A stretch of DNA of 55,024 bases from a virus (taxonomy: Duplodnaviria; Caudoviricetes): positions 1-55,024 of the IMG/VR virus record IMGVR_UViG_3300031920_000406; one strand, written 5' to 3'. The notes beneath the pieces were generated by a model. It was not told the DNA's origin. It worked only from the letters and a program-made list of their open reading frames with translations, and made no database searches. Position numbers and translations under genes: made by a program. This document shows positions 16,963 to 26,858 of the stretch, in pieces; position 1 is the first letter of the stretch; each line of letters begins with the position of its first letter.

Positions 16963-17829
16963 TTATAAGCCAGTTTTTTCTTGATTCACTTGAAAATTTG
17001 CCGGGTCGAACGCATCGATTACTTTGAAATCTGCCTCGACCGCTCGCCCCACCTCCGCTGATTTAGGAACGAATTTTTGTAGCTTCCTGATTGCTGTTTT
17101 ACACCCCATCGCCAGATATTCTGTTGTCCACGGGCTATCTTTTGGATTCGACTTGTATGATGAAGAATACTCATCCCGGATCCGATCAACCTCTGCCTTT
17201 GGCATATACACAAATCGATATGCCTTCTCAATCATCTTCGCATATGCATAGAACCCTCGCACCATTCCCGCTTCCCCCACTTCCAATGGGCGATGTATCA
17301 TTTTTTCCTCTGTTCCATATTCACATATAAACACATCATTTTCATATACTACCGCAGCATACACGGATAATACTTTCGGGTTGTTGTACATTAACTCAAT
17401 ATAGCCTTGAAATCCGATGATTAATTGAGCTTCTGTCCGTTGAGTTTTGTTATTTTTAAACGGAATTAGAAAACACTGTTGCAGGGGTGTATTAATTTCC
17501 AACCCTAATGCTGATGCCTCTAGGCATCCTCCTACTACCGAGGGAAGCCAGCACGTCATTAACTCAGGCGTACGTTTGCATGCTGCAATTGCTACACGCA
17601 TCACCCGTTCTGGCGACAAATGTTTTGGAACTACCATTGCAAAATCTTGTTTGTGCCGCTCCATGAACTCCAAAAACATTTCGCTCCCCTGTTTTTTATT
17701 GCTTACAGGTAGATTTTCTTTTACTTCTGTTTTCTTTTGGAGTTTCTCCAACAGTTCTTTTCTTTCTTCTACTTCTTTGTGTTTTGTTTTTTGATCCATG
17801 CTCGGTTGGCCTTGCGGTGTTAACGTCAT
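16963..17829 (-). CDS. recT: RecT family single-strand annealing recombinase
   Basis: VPKHLSPER; LGLE; FLIPF; AQLIIGFQG; SPW...MGCKTAIR..K..PKS. Confidence 0.92.
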   Translation of the reverse strand: MTLTPQGQPSMDQKTKHKEVEERKELLEKLQKKTEVKENLPVSNKKQGSEMFLEFMERHKQDFAMVVPKHLSPERVMRVAIAACKRTPELMTCWLPSVVGGCLEASALGLEINTPLQQCFLIPFKNNKTQRTEAQLIIGFQGYIELMYNNPKVLSVYAAVVYENDVFICEYGTEEKMIHRPLEVGEAGMVRGFYAYAKMIEKAYRFVYMPKAEVDRIRDEYSSSYKSNPKDSPWTTEYLAMGCKTAIRKLQKFVPKSAEVGRAVEADFKVIDAFDPANFQVNQEKTGL

Positions 17830-18899
17830 TAGAATTCCTCCTTATGTTTGTTTGATGTTTTTAATTCTTTATACATAGGATAGATTGCTTCAGATGCTAC
17901 ACAAAATTTTTTGTGCAAATCCGGGTATCCCTTTTGGAATTTTTTACTATTGAATCTTAGACTACTCCGCCTTACTCGCGTTACTTTAAACTGGTCTGTA
18001 AGACCCCACTTAGCATTTTGAAGTTGAGCCAGTACTTGTGAGTCAATTGCCGCCTTCTGCCCCTTAGCAGTTTTTATTGTTCTCTCAAGTTCACCTCTAC
18101 GTTCTATTACCTTGTTTAGATTATTGTCCAGCATGATTGTATTTTCTTCAATATCTGGATAGAGTAATTTCATACTATCCAGCGTTCGAGGATTATCATC
18201 CGGGTCCGGCGCTCGATCTTTTAACACATTCTCAGTCCAAAACCTTTTGCCTAATCTGAGCAGATTTTTGAATATCTCTGGGTTAAGCCGACAAATTCTT
18301 GGTTTTACAAAATCCTGTCCAGATACCAGCACTGCAAACTGCCCCCATTGCAAGCTTGTGATTCCGAGCTGCCATTGTAACTGTGTGTAGTACATATCCG
18401 GTATCTCATCCCCTTCCCACGCTTTTGCCCATCCCGTTGTTTTAACCTCCAGCGATCCATTTCCAAGTGCTAAAAGATGCTGGTGTACCGGACCTCGATT
18501 TTTATCCAATCCCGCTCCATTTTTTACAATTAACCGGTCCAGGTTTACCAGTGCAAATTCGTGTGTTGGATGTTGCAGCATTGCATTGATGCGCTGCACT
18601 CGCACCCCTTCCGTTACGCCATATTCCTTTGCCACAGGATCTTCCAGTATTTTTCCCCATCGCATCTTTTTATTTTCAGGGACCCTTAACCTTCCCGTTT
18701 TTTCCAGGAATACATCGATAGCCGATTTGAACGGATTCACCCCTGCTATAGCTGAGATATCCGATCCACCTATCCCTTTTCGTCGCGCTTCGAGCCACGC
18801 TTCGTGTGTTTCTTCTTTCTTCATTTCTGGGTCTTCACTATAATTGAACACCCGATTTGCTTTAATCCCTGTTGTTTTGTGCCAGGCAGTTAATTTCAT
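17829..18899 (-). CDS. YqaJ-like viral recombinase / exonuclease
   Basis: WLEARRKGIGGSD; G..LE..VA..Y; NLD; LEVKT; YYTQLQWQL. Confidence 0.92.
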   Translation of the reverse strand: MKLTAWHKTTGIKANRVFNYSEDPEMKKEETHEAWLEARRKGIGGSDISAIAGVNPFKSAIDVFLEKTGRLRVPENKKMRWGKILEDPVAKEYGVTEGVRVQRINAMLQHPTHEFALVNLDRLIVKNGAGLDKNRGPVHQHLLALGNGSLEVKTTGWAKAWEGDEIPDMYYTQLQWQLGITSLQWGQFAVLVSGQDFVKPRICRLNPEIFKNLLRLGKRFWTENVLKDRAPDPDDNPRTLDSMKLLYPDIEENTIMLDNNLNKVIERRGELERTIKTAKGQKAAIDSQVLAQLQNAKWGLTDQFKVTRVRRSSLRFNSKKFQKGYPDLHKKFCVASEAIYPMYKELKTSNKHKEEF

Positions 18900-18931
18900 A
18901 TCTACCTCTTCTTTCAGATTACTAATTTATT

Positions 18932-19213
18932 TTATCGTTTTCTAATATTCCAGCCTCGCAAAAGTTTATTCAGTCCACCCCGGAACCCTCCGTTGTATGC
19001 CTCGGGTTCTTTTACCAGATCAATTCCTGATTTGTATAATCGTATGTACTTCCGATCAAACCACATCGGTAGACTTTCCTTTATTTGCAGTTCAACGGCT
19101 AAAATCTTCTTTTCACAGATCTCATATTGCAGGATCGGTAGAGCATATCCCTCTAATCGTGGGTATAATGGATGTAAGACCTCTCCAAATTGGTATTGAT
19201 GATACCATGCCAT
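18932..19213 (-). CDS. Hypothetical protein
   Basis: ORF with AAGGTGG RBS. Confidence 0.5.
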   Translation of the reverse strand: MAWYHQYQFGEVLHPLYPRLEGYALPILQYEICEKKILAVELQIKESLPMWFDRKYIRLYKSGIDLVKEPEAYNGGFRGGLNKLLRGWNIRKR

Positions 19214-19265
19214 TATATATTACCACCTTTTTTAATTAGCATTTTTATTCTCTTCCTTTTCTTAT

Positions 19266-19300
19266 AAAAAAAGCGCCAGCCGTGGAATTGGCGGGCGCTT
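19266..19300 (-). terminator. Probable intrinsic terminator
   Basis: Minus strand AAGCGCCCGCCA-loop-CGGCTGGCGCTT followed by T-tract. Confidence 0.6.
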
Positions 19301-19375
19301 CGGGAATTGAGAGATAGAAAAACACAACCGGTATGGAGAATCTTTTTGTTCTGATTACTTACTTAATATATGTTT

Positions 19376-19576
19376 TTAGCCTTCCGGATGGGAACTGATT
19401 TCTTTTTCAAGCATCATATGCGTGCTACCAATTATCCTATCGTTAAACCAGAATACCCTATTACCCCGCACATCATCCGTAAAGCATTCTTTTAATCGAT
19501 GCTTCTTTCCCACTGGTGCTATTTTCCCATATTTTCTTTTTGCTTCTTCTATTAGTTTGTGTTCCACGTCTGTCAT
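19376..19576 (-). CDS. Hypothetical protein, paralog of 11740-11952
   Basis: LIEEAKRKYGKI...FWFN...STH. Confidence 0.65.
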   Translation of the reverse strand: MTDVEHKLIEEAKRKYGKIAPVGKKHRLKECFTDDVRGNRVFWFNDRIIGSTHMMLEKEISSHPEG

Positions 19577-19580
19577 CTTT

Positions 19581-19850
19581 TCACTCTATTTTTTTGAGGA
19601 ATCGCCGGAATTTATTGCGAAGCTCTTTTACTACCCGCGTGATAAACCGCCGGCTTACCCCTTGGTGTTTCGCGATCTCCACTATAGTATACCCAGAGAC
19701 AAGCATTTGAGACACGATCAACTCGCGGATGTCTAAATTATACTCTATGAAGCGTTCGAAGTCAATATCATACAATAACTTATCTTCAAGCCGGCATTCA
19801 TCAACTTGGCCAACGCGCCTGATCCGTCTTACGGATCCTTCCACGACCAT
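19581..19850 (-). CDS. Sigma-region-4 / LuxR-like HTH protein
   Basis: SGYTIVEIAKHQGVSRRFITR. Confidence 0.7.
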   Translation of the reverse strand: MVVEGSVRRIRRVGQVDECRLEDKLLYDIDFERFIEYNLDIRELIVSQMLVSGYTIVEIAKHQGVSRRFITRVVKELRNKFRRFLKKIE

Positions 19851-20197
19851 TATACATCACCACACTTAACAACGCCCCGAACTAAATCTATAATCACTCT
19901 TGTTTCACTCTGTTTTTGCCATCCTACTGTAAGAGCATACATCGTAGCAAGTTTTACCATTTGACTTTCCATTAGTACTCGAACTTTCTCATCATGTTCT
20001 CTACCTTTTCCCCGGTTCCAGCTTTCACTCCCAATCGAGACCTCGTAGCTTGCCCCTGGTTGTTTTCCCCACTTATCACTTATCACTTTGGGTGTAATTC
20101 TCGCCCGCCACTGCCCTGTTTTTGTAATAAATAGATTTACGTGTGCATCTTCTTTCGGCATTCTATTTCTCCTTTCCTGGTCTTTGTTTTTTTTCAA
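19850..20197 (-). CDS. Hypothetical protein
   Basis: ORF. Confidence 0.5.
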   Translation of the reverse strand: MKKNKDQERRNRMPKEDAHVNLFITKTGQWRARITPKVISDKWGKQPGASYEVSIGSESWNRGKGREHDEKVRVLMESQMVKLATMYALTVGWQKQSETRVIIDLVRGVVKCGDV

Positions 20198-20453
20198 TTG
20201 ATACCTTACACTTGATTGTTTTGGGGTTATTACATAATAATTTATTTTCTTTAAAAAGCTTAAGTTTCAAAGCTTCAATAAGTTGTTCTTGCGCAGCAGA
20301 ATAGGAAAGAAGATCATATCGATTTTGCCGTGCGGAATAAAGCCGGCCATTGAGATGAGCAAGCACGCTATGCAACTGATCGATGTACCGGTCTTTTTTA
20401 TGATGCAGCTCGATAAGCTGATGAGGTGTATAGTTTGATATATCAACTGGCAT
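20163..20453 (-). CDS. Hypothetical protein
   Basis: ORF. Confidence 0.45.
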   Translation of the reverse strand: MPVDISNYTPHQLIELHHKKDRYIDQLHSVLAHLNGRLYSARQNRYDLLSYSAAQEQLIEALKLKLFKENKLLCNNPKTIKCKVSIEKKQRPGKEK

Positions 20454-20563
20454 AAATTAATAAATCCTATGTAATAGATTTGTTTAGTTTCTTATTAGTA
20501 AATGTATTTATTGTTGATGTAAATAGGAATTGGATATTATAATTATTTTAAAATAAAATCTCC

Positions 20564-20842
20564 TTAAAAAAGTGACGTTTGTTCACACGTATTAGGTTTA
20601 GGAACGTTGAATCTGGTGTTATCAAAAACATGCAATATTTTTAAAACATTATCAGGGTCAGGATAAATATCTTTACGAGCCGTTTTAACCCAGGTACCAT
20701 AAACACTAATTGCAGAATTGATTTTGTCGATCTGTTCAATGGCCGGACGGGAATCATCAAGCGTTAATTTTAGATTGCCTCCCATTCCGACGAAAGGACC
20801 AGTCATAACTGTTACTTTTATTTCTATATCCATAATGTTCAA
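20564..20842 (-). CDS. Hypothetical protein
   Basis: ORF. Confidence 0.5.
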   Translation of the reverse strand: MNIMDIEIKVTVMTGPFVGMGGNLKLTLDDSRPAIEQIDKINSAISVYGTWVKTARKDIYPDPDNVLKILHVFDNTRFNVPKPNTCEQTSLF

Positions 20843-20869
20843 AAAATGACAATTTAAGTTTTTTGGAAG

Positions 20870-21193
20870 TTATAAAGCTGCATATTCCTGCTCTAATTTT
20901 TTAAGTTCATTTTGGTAAACAGTAGCGATTGAATTTCTAAAAACGGTTATTAGCGTATTGAGCTGATCTTTTCCGCTTTCAGAGATTTCGCCGCAATACC
21001 CAGGTGAGTTATTTGATTTTATATTTATATCAACATTGTTCTGTCGATTAGTGAAACTGATTTTTTTAAAAGTACAATCTTCCAACGCATGCCCCTCAAG
21101 AAAAGATTTTTCTGTAAGTTTATCAATTCGACGATACACCGTTTGCATTTTCTCTTGTAAACCCTTTGCCTGTTCCAGTTTTTCATCATTCAT
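20870..21193 (-). CDS. Hypothetical coiled-coil protein
   Basis: AAGGA RBS; helical termini. Confidence 0.6.
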   Translation of the reverse strand: MNDEKLEQAKGLQEKMQTVYRRIDKLTEKSFLEGHALEDCTFKKISFTNRQNNVDINIKSNNSPGYCGEISESGKDQLNTLITVFRNSIATVYQNELKKLEQEYAAL

Positions 21194-21379
21194 ATAAAGT
21201 TTAAATCCTTTTTTAAAAAGTGGATTGTTTTTGGTTATTTCTCATTGTTTTCAATCAACAATTTGGCAACTTATTCTTTTAAAAACACTTGTTTACAATT
21301 TGCGATATAGGATACATATTAATTTTGTTTCCTGTTTTCCTTTAGAGAACACAACCTTGTTCAAAAACATTATAAATAG

Positions 21380-21679
21380 TTAGGTAACAATTGTTGCAAG
21401 ATCAACCTCATGTAAAAAGTCTTTATAATTACCACAACCAGCTTTTTCTTTAGAAGTACATTCTTCAGGATGATTCATTCTACCATGTAATTTGCAAAAT
21501 TGCACAAGTCTAGGATATGAATCGTCAATAACCGGACGATCCCAGCAAACCTTTGTTTCACCCAGCGAAATAAGATGTTTTTTTGCATTGAAATTATCAC
21601 TATAATCCAAATGCTCACAAGCGGTAAATCGTATAGTTTCCATATTAATATCCTTGAAGTTAAGGAGAAAAATCAGCAT
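21380..21679 (-). CDS. Cys-rich hypothetical protein
   Basis: VQFCKLHGRMN...C. Confidence 0.55.
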   Translation of the reverse strand: MLIFLLNFKDINMETIRFTACEHLDYSDNFNAKKHLISLGETKVCWDRPVIDDSYPRLVQFCKLHGRMNHPEECTSKEKAGCGNYKDFLHEVDLATIVT

Positions 21680-21996
21680 CGAGCCTTATTAAAAACAGTT
21701 TCTGACCATTCTTTCAAATCATCAATTGACATCAAAACTGCACAACCTTTAGAAGGAACAGTTTCCCAAAAATCATTAAAAGATACATATTTCGGATTTG
21801 ATTTTTTATCTCTATGGCCAGAACTATTTGATGAATTATTCAATGAGGGTCGATTATTCCATTGTTCGAGAGGTACAAAAATACCACAAATAGGACAATC
21901 TGGATTTACACAACATGCATAAGGTATGCCAAAAACCGAGGAAAAGTCAGAGAATTTATCACAAAAAGGACATAGTAAAACATTTAAATCAGACAT
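21673..21996 (-). CDS. Lar-like zinc-binding protein
   Basis: LLCPFC...CVNPDC...QWNNR. Confidence 0.5.
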   Translation of the reverse strand: MSDLNVLLCPFCDKFSDFSSVFGIPYACCVNPDCPICGIFVPLEQWNNRPSLNNSSNSSGHRDKKSNPKYVSFNDFWETVPSKGCAVLMSIDDLKEWSETVFNKARC

Positions 21997-22055
21997 ATCA
22001 AATTTCCTTTGATGTAAAGTTTCTAAAGATATTTATAGAAATATTAACCGTTAAG

Positions 22056-22547
22056 TCATAAATGAACCGGTTGTTTAATAAGAATGATATTTTCTTCCCC
22101 ACAATACGTAACAACAAAAGAGATAGCCAAATCGACGAGTTTGTGATAGTTATCAAGAGAAATGCAACTAGACGGATTGATTTTAGTTATTGGTTGCATT
22201 AAGCGAAGGAAATCAATTTCAGCAAGGCGCTCTTCATGGAGAGCAACAAGAAGCGGGCAAAGATCAGGATTTTCAATAAAGAGGCCCGCAAGCTCAGCTT
22301 CTTCAGCGCAACGTTTGTAGTAGAAAGATGCATTTGTAGTTGAAAGATGATAAGAGAGATCAGGATCAGTAATAATATCACCGAAGGTATCGCTTTTACA
22401 AAAGCGCACCGAAACAGGTTTCATTTCAAGAAGTATTTTCTTTTTGTATGCAACAACAATGGGACGAACACTAGCGGTCCAAGATTTGGCTATCAACAAT
22501 TTTTGGCAGGATTTGATAATACTAGAGGTGGGTTTTATGTTTCTCAT
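22056..22547 (-). CDS. Hypothetical protein
   Basis: ITDP..SY; CPLLVA motif. Confidence 0.6.
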   Translation of the reverse strand: MRNIKPTSSIIKSCQKLLIAKSWTASVRPIVVAYKKKILLEMKPVSVRFCKSDTFGDIITDPDLSYHLSTTNASFYYKRCAEEAELAGLFIENPDLCPLLVALHEERLAEIDFLRLMQPITKINPSSCISLDNYHKLVDLAISFVVTYCGEENIILIKQPVHL

Positions 22548-22606
22548 AGAGTAAACCTTTCCGGGAAGCCTGAAGGCCTTCCTTGTACATAATATAATTT
22601 ATGCGA

Positions 22607-22831
22607 TCACTTAAAGCTAGTTTTTTTGCATAAAGCAAACGCTGCGGCGCTATGGCATTTTTTACAATAGAAAATCAAACCTTCGTCAAACAATTCTTTT
22701 GCATATTCGATCTCTTTGCCTCTCAACCACCAGCCGGACGTGCCGCTGCCAACGATCGATACTAATAAAATTTCTTTACTGCTTTTTGTTTTTGGAGAGA
22801 GAGTGTCTCTCCAAACATGATTGCAGCTCAT
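22607..22831 (-). CDS. Hypothetical early protein
   Basis: TTAACAGGAGG leader. Confidence 0.6.
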   Translation of the reverse strand: MSCNHVWRDTLSPKTKSSKEILLVSIVGSGTSGWWLRGKEIEYAKELFDEGLIFYCKKCHSAAAFALCKKTSFK

Positions 22832-23062
22832 TTTTCACCTCCTGTTAATGTGATTGTTCTAATAAGTGCAGACACAACCAGAAGACTGGGTTTCTTTTTT
22901 TTATGACTGCTTTCGATCCTGATTTAGTGCCCAATCGTTCAGTATCTTTCTTATCACCACTTGCTGATCACACATTTCCTTCTGCGATTTTTTCTTGATA
23001 GCCTCATGCGAATATTTTGTAATTCTCTGGGGTTTGATTACTACTGTTTTCATAATAGCTCC

Positions 23063-23248
23063 TTAAAGGTATTTACTTTTTAGTGGTTTTAAACGCTTAT
23101 TTATTTGATAAAGCGCATTTCTAATCGCTTCTTTTTTGCTCACTTTATCTATAAAACGAATCTCTTCTCCATCATCAAAAATAACTTTTGTTGCTTTTCT
23201 TATATGATGTCCGTTGGATGAGATTAAATTGTAGTTTTCAACTTTCAT
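23063..23248 (-). CDS. Hypothetical early protein
   Basis: TTAACAGGAGG leader. Confidence 0.65.
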   Translation of the reverse strand: MKVENYNLISSNGHHIRKATKVIFDDGEEIRFIDKVSKKEAIRNALYQINKRLKPLKSKYL

Positions 23249-23352
23249 TTCCACCTCCTGTTAATTGTTTCCGTTTCCGCCTCTCGCCAGCCTCGCGGCC
23301 TGAAGCGCTATCCTGTTTGCCGGGGATTAGCCCCGGCACGGTTAATTATTTT

Positions 23353-23712
23353 TTACGGCGTTGAGTTGAGAAAATAATGACCATCGTAGCCAGCGTCAAA
23401 AAACATGCCGTCTTCTCTTTGTATACACATATCGAGACTATCTACCCCATACTGATGAGATATAGATTTTTTGGCAACCTCATCAGCAGTGTATATATAT
23501 TTGGGTTTTTCAATTCCTTCCTGACGATATGAGTATGCATATTTCAACTCCATCAATGATTCGATATCAGAATCTGATGAGTTCTCAAACACGGATTCGA
23601 TGTATTTTTCAAAATCGTCATCGTTAAGTGATTTTCTTGACTTTTTCCAGTCGCTGATTGTTGCCGCGTCTGTTCTCAGTTTCGCGAGTACCTCTGCTTT
23701 TGTGTGTTTCAT
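23353..23712 (-). CDS. Hypothetical early protein
   Basis: TTAACAGGAGG leader. Confidence 0.65.
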   Translation of the reverse strand: MKHTKAEVLAKLRTDAATISDWKKSRKSLNDDDFEKYIESVFENSSDSDIESLMELKYAYSYRQEGIEKPKYIYTADEVAKKSISHQYGVDSLDMCIQREDGMFFDAGYDGHYFLNSTP

Positions 23713-23953
23713 TGAGACCTCCTGTTAATGGTGAAAAAGTTCTTTGTTAATCGCAGTAAGTGTAATTATCACAGTTGTTTTTATTCCCCTTTTTGTACAT
23801 ATTTCCCTTTTTACATTCGATTCCAGACCATAGGCAGCACGGACAGCCAAATGTTGATGTCTGTACATTTTTTGGAGCTTTATTTTTCTGTTTGTTTTGT
23901 TTTAATGTTTTCATTATCTATCCCTATCATTTGTGATTGTGATTGTGATTGTT

Positions 23954-24154
23954 TTATATTTCGCAAATGTCAAGCAGTTTCTCTTCTGTCAACTCCTCTT
24001 CATTATACCAGACCTTTTCTACGATTTTCGCTGCCTTTTTGTATGACATTCTCTTTGTTATACCGTATGCGTAATAGCTTCCGATGAAAAAATCGGCATC
24101 GTTTTCACGCAAATAGACGCTCTCATCGCTATTGTTGAATCTATATTTTTCCAT
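23954..24154 (-). CDS. Hypothetical early protein
   Basis: TTAACAGGAG leader. Confidence 0.6.
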   Translation of the reverse strand: MEKYRFNNSDESVYLRENDADFFIGSYYAYGITKRMSYKKAAKIVEKVWYNEEELTEEKLLDICEI

Positions 24155-24181
24155 TTTCAAACTCCTGTTAATACTTAATTG

Positions 24182-24388
24182 TTAATATTTCCTTTTCAAT
24201 TCAATACAGCTTATTGCAAGCTTCATTTTCAAAGTTTTGATATCATCACAATGTTCAATATATTCTATGAGATCATTCGCTTTTTTTTCATCACATATTC
24301 TATCAGTTACCCAAATATTATCGACCTCGATAATACACGCAAAGGGATATTTTTCAGTCCCGGGTATTTTGATCAATTCTGTTTTCAT
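24182..24388 (-). CDS. Hypothetical early protein
   Basis: ORF downstream of strong promoter. Confidence 0.55.
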   Translation of the reverse strand: MKTELIKIPGTEKYPFACIIEVDNIWVTDRICDEKKANDLIEYIEHCDDIKTLKMKLAISCIELKRKY

Positions 24389-24574
24389 TATAGTTCTTTT
24401 ATCTGATTACAATAAAAAACAACTGCCTCTATTTGTGTCGGAAATGACTGTACTAGTATTTCGTCAAGCTGGTTATACTCAGGATAGATTTTTACCATTT
24501 TCCCAGAAATTTCAATTGTTATTTCATTTATCGTTGTTTTCACTTTATTTTCCTTTGTTTATTGTTATACTAAT

Positions 24575-24603
24575 AATATACAACAATCCGCCACAAAAGT
24601 CAA
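24575..24603 (-). promoter_or_regulatory. Sigma70 promoter for leftward early genes
   Basis: Minus strand TTGACT, 17 bp spacer, TATATT. Confidence 0.8.
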
Positions 24604-24672
24604 CAGTTATTTTCATTATTTTTAACCTAATAATTTAATATTTTTATAGCAAATATGAGCACCAGTTTTTTT

Positions 24673-25221
24673 TTACCTTTCGAAAAGGGAAACAGGGGCC
24701 GACCCCACAACAGGACAGAAAAAAGAGAAACCCGGGACCGGAACAAGCAGAGAGGAACCCGGCACGACACGCCACGATGAAACACCCCCGACGCAGGGCA
24801 GCGAGGCAACAGAGGCAGACGGCAAGAAAACGAAAACAGGAACGCCACGGCGGGCCGCTGCAAAGGCACACAGCCACGAGCCCGAACGGATGAACGACGG
24901 GGAACGGGGAAAAACGAACAGGCAGGAGCAGGCGGCAACGAGCCGGAGAGAGCGGGCACGGAGGGCGGCAGCAGAGCGCACGCCGGAAACTGAAAACAAC
25001 CGAAGAGGAAGCCTGGCAGCAGCAGCAGCAGAGCGGATGGTGAGATCGAGGCCAGAGGGACAACAACCGACCGCAAAAGAACCACCGGCAGCAACAACAG
25101 AAGGAGCCAAAGCGGAAAGCACCGCACGGGACGCGAGAAGGCTGGAAGACGGAAGGCCCCGCCGGGAACCCGAAAAAGCCACAACGGAGCAGAAAGAAGC
25201 GGAAGACCAAAAAGAAGCCAC
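24673..25221 (-). CDS. SLOG / DprA-Smf-like Rossmann-fold protein encoded by a nearly adenine-free gene (probable GTG start)
   Basis: VAFSGSR, VGCCPSGLD, ALRARS..LV, SGSW..AFAAARRGVPVFVF; only 9 T on plus strand across 24681-25310. Confidence 0.7.
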   Translation of the reverse strand: MASFWSSASFCSVVAFSGSRRGLPSSSLLASRAVLSALAPSVVAAGGSFAVGCCPSGLDLTIRSAAAAARLPLRLFSVSGVRSAAALRARSLRLVAACSCLFVFPRSPSFIRSGSWLCAFAAARRGVPVFVFLPSASVASLPCVGGVSSWRVVPGSSLLVPVPGFSFFCPVVGSAPVSLFER

Positions 25222-25998
25222 AAGGAACCCCCAGGAAAAAGGAAACAACGCACCCAAAAAACGACCACCAAAAAAAAAGAAAAAACAAAAAAAAAGAAAA
25301 ACAACGCCGGAATCTGACTGCATTGATTCTGAGTGTTTGGGATTTTTTGCGATAGAGCCAGGACGGCGGAATATTCTTGCTACCAATTCGCGGTTTTCAT
25401 TTTTTTTTTTGAAATCGATTAAGGTTGGGGCAAAAAAAAATTAAAACTGCGAGCAAAACGGCGAACGATCCGCTACGCTATTCGGACTGGGGAAAATTTG
25501 TTTGGGGGGTTAGTTTTTCCAGGGCGTGAAGCCTACCTGCGTGTCCCCCCAATTTTTCCCACTTCCAAAGGAAAAGAGAGCCGTCCAAACCGCCATTTCC
25601 GGCTTGTTTTTTTTTGTTTTTCTTCCTCCCAATAATATTTTTTGCCCCCTGGGGGGTATGGGGGGAATACGATATAAACTCGCGAGATTGTCACGCGTTC
25701 CTTGTAGTGGTTTTGTAATATTGCTTGGACGTTGAAACCGCAGGAGTATAAAAACAGATGCCTATTGAATCCTTATGCCGGAATATAACTTGATATACTC
25801 TAAAAAGCGCTACCTTCACTGCCGAGGAATAGCGCCGTTTCACCGCTAAGCGTGAGTTGTCCAGGGATGGCAAATCTCTCTCGGCGTTTAGTCTATTAGG
25901 TGTTTAGCGCGGCCGGATGCTTAGATTGTTTTTACTACCCTATACTTTTTTGCGCAAGGCAGGCGGAGGGAATTTATTGTGTTTCTGTTACGGGAACT

Positions 25999-26014
25999 TG
26001 TTTCACGTGAAACA
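25999..26014. promoter_or_regulatory. parS centromere-like site
   Basis: Perfect palindrome TGTTTCACGTGAAACA equals the canonical bacterial parS consensus; intergenic. Confidence 0.85.
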
Positions 26015-26072
26015 CCGACTGGAAGGTAGCCCGGAGCTACGCCGACACCCTCTTTTTTGAGGGGGGTGCGCC

Positions 26073-26360
26073 CTAAAGCACTATACGCTTAATAACGTCC
26101 TCAAATCCATCTGCCACTCCATTTAGTTCAAACACTTTACACTCCAGTTTTTTAAACAACACCCCCTTCACCTTTCGCCCTCGTTCTTCATCCTTTTTTT
26201 CATCCGGATTTAATTCTTCACAAACATCCGACAGTCTATCTCTCAATCTATCCAATAACTCTTTAAACCTTGTTTCCGCAGCATCCAGCCCAGTTAAGAT
26301 AAACTCGGATTCTCTGACCTTTGTTTTCTCAGGCTCTTGAACAACCGTTTTTTCTTCCAT
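26073..26360 (-). CDS. Hypothetical coiled-coil protein
   Basis: AAGGA RBS then MEEKTV. Confidence 0.55.
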   Translation of the reverse strand: MEEKTVVQEPEKTKVRESEFILTGLDAAETRFKELLDRLRDRLSDVCEELNPDEKKDEERGRKVKGVLFKKLECKVFELNGVADGFEDVIKRIVL

Positions 26361-26577
26361 CTTATTATATCCTTTCTCAAAAAATTGAAGATTTTGCATG
26401 TTAACCTAATTATTTTTTCCTATCTTATTTAATTTTACCAGCTCTCCACTTTTCTAATCTATATACTTCTCTGACTATCCTTTTACTATTATAATTTTTT
26501 ACCGATTGGTTTTTACTATTTCACTATTACACCTCAACCCCTAGAAGATCCCACCGAAGTTTCTCATAAGCATCTAA

Positions 26578-26832
26578 CTAACATCGAGCTGTTAAATTTT
26601 TTTTCTCTGCCCGCCACTGTTTTCGCCATTTATAGATCTGTTTATCCAAATATTTTCTAACACTCGCCTCTGTTAGTTCAATATTTCCCTCCGGACAAGT
26701 AGCAAGCGAGCAAAAAATCACCGGATTATGATTAGATACACTGCATGCCCACCGTTGGATATTCTTTGAAATACTTACCTTGACCGATTTACTACATTTT
26801 CCCGGGTGAGGGCATATACCTTTATCGCGCAT
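26578..26832 (-). CDS. Cys-rich hypothetical protein
   Basis: GGAG RBS. Confidence 0.5.
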   Translation of the reverse strand: MRDKGICPHPGKCSKSVKVSISKNIQRWACSVSNHNPVIFCSLATCPEGNIELTEASVRKYLDKQIYKWRKQWRAEKKNLTARC

Positions 26833-26858
26833 TCTTTTATTACTCCTATCTTTCCTAT

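Noticed and set aside
24627-25444. Alternative ORFs 24890-25444 (+), 24627-25304 (-) and 24644-25288 (-)
   Set aside because: They stay open because the extreme base skew removes stop codons; only the 24673 frame has family-like motifs
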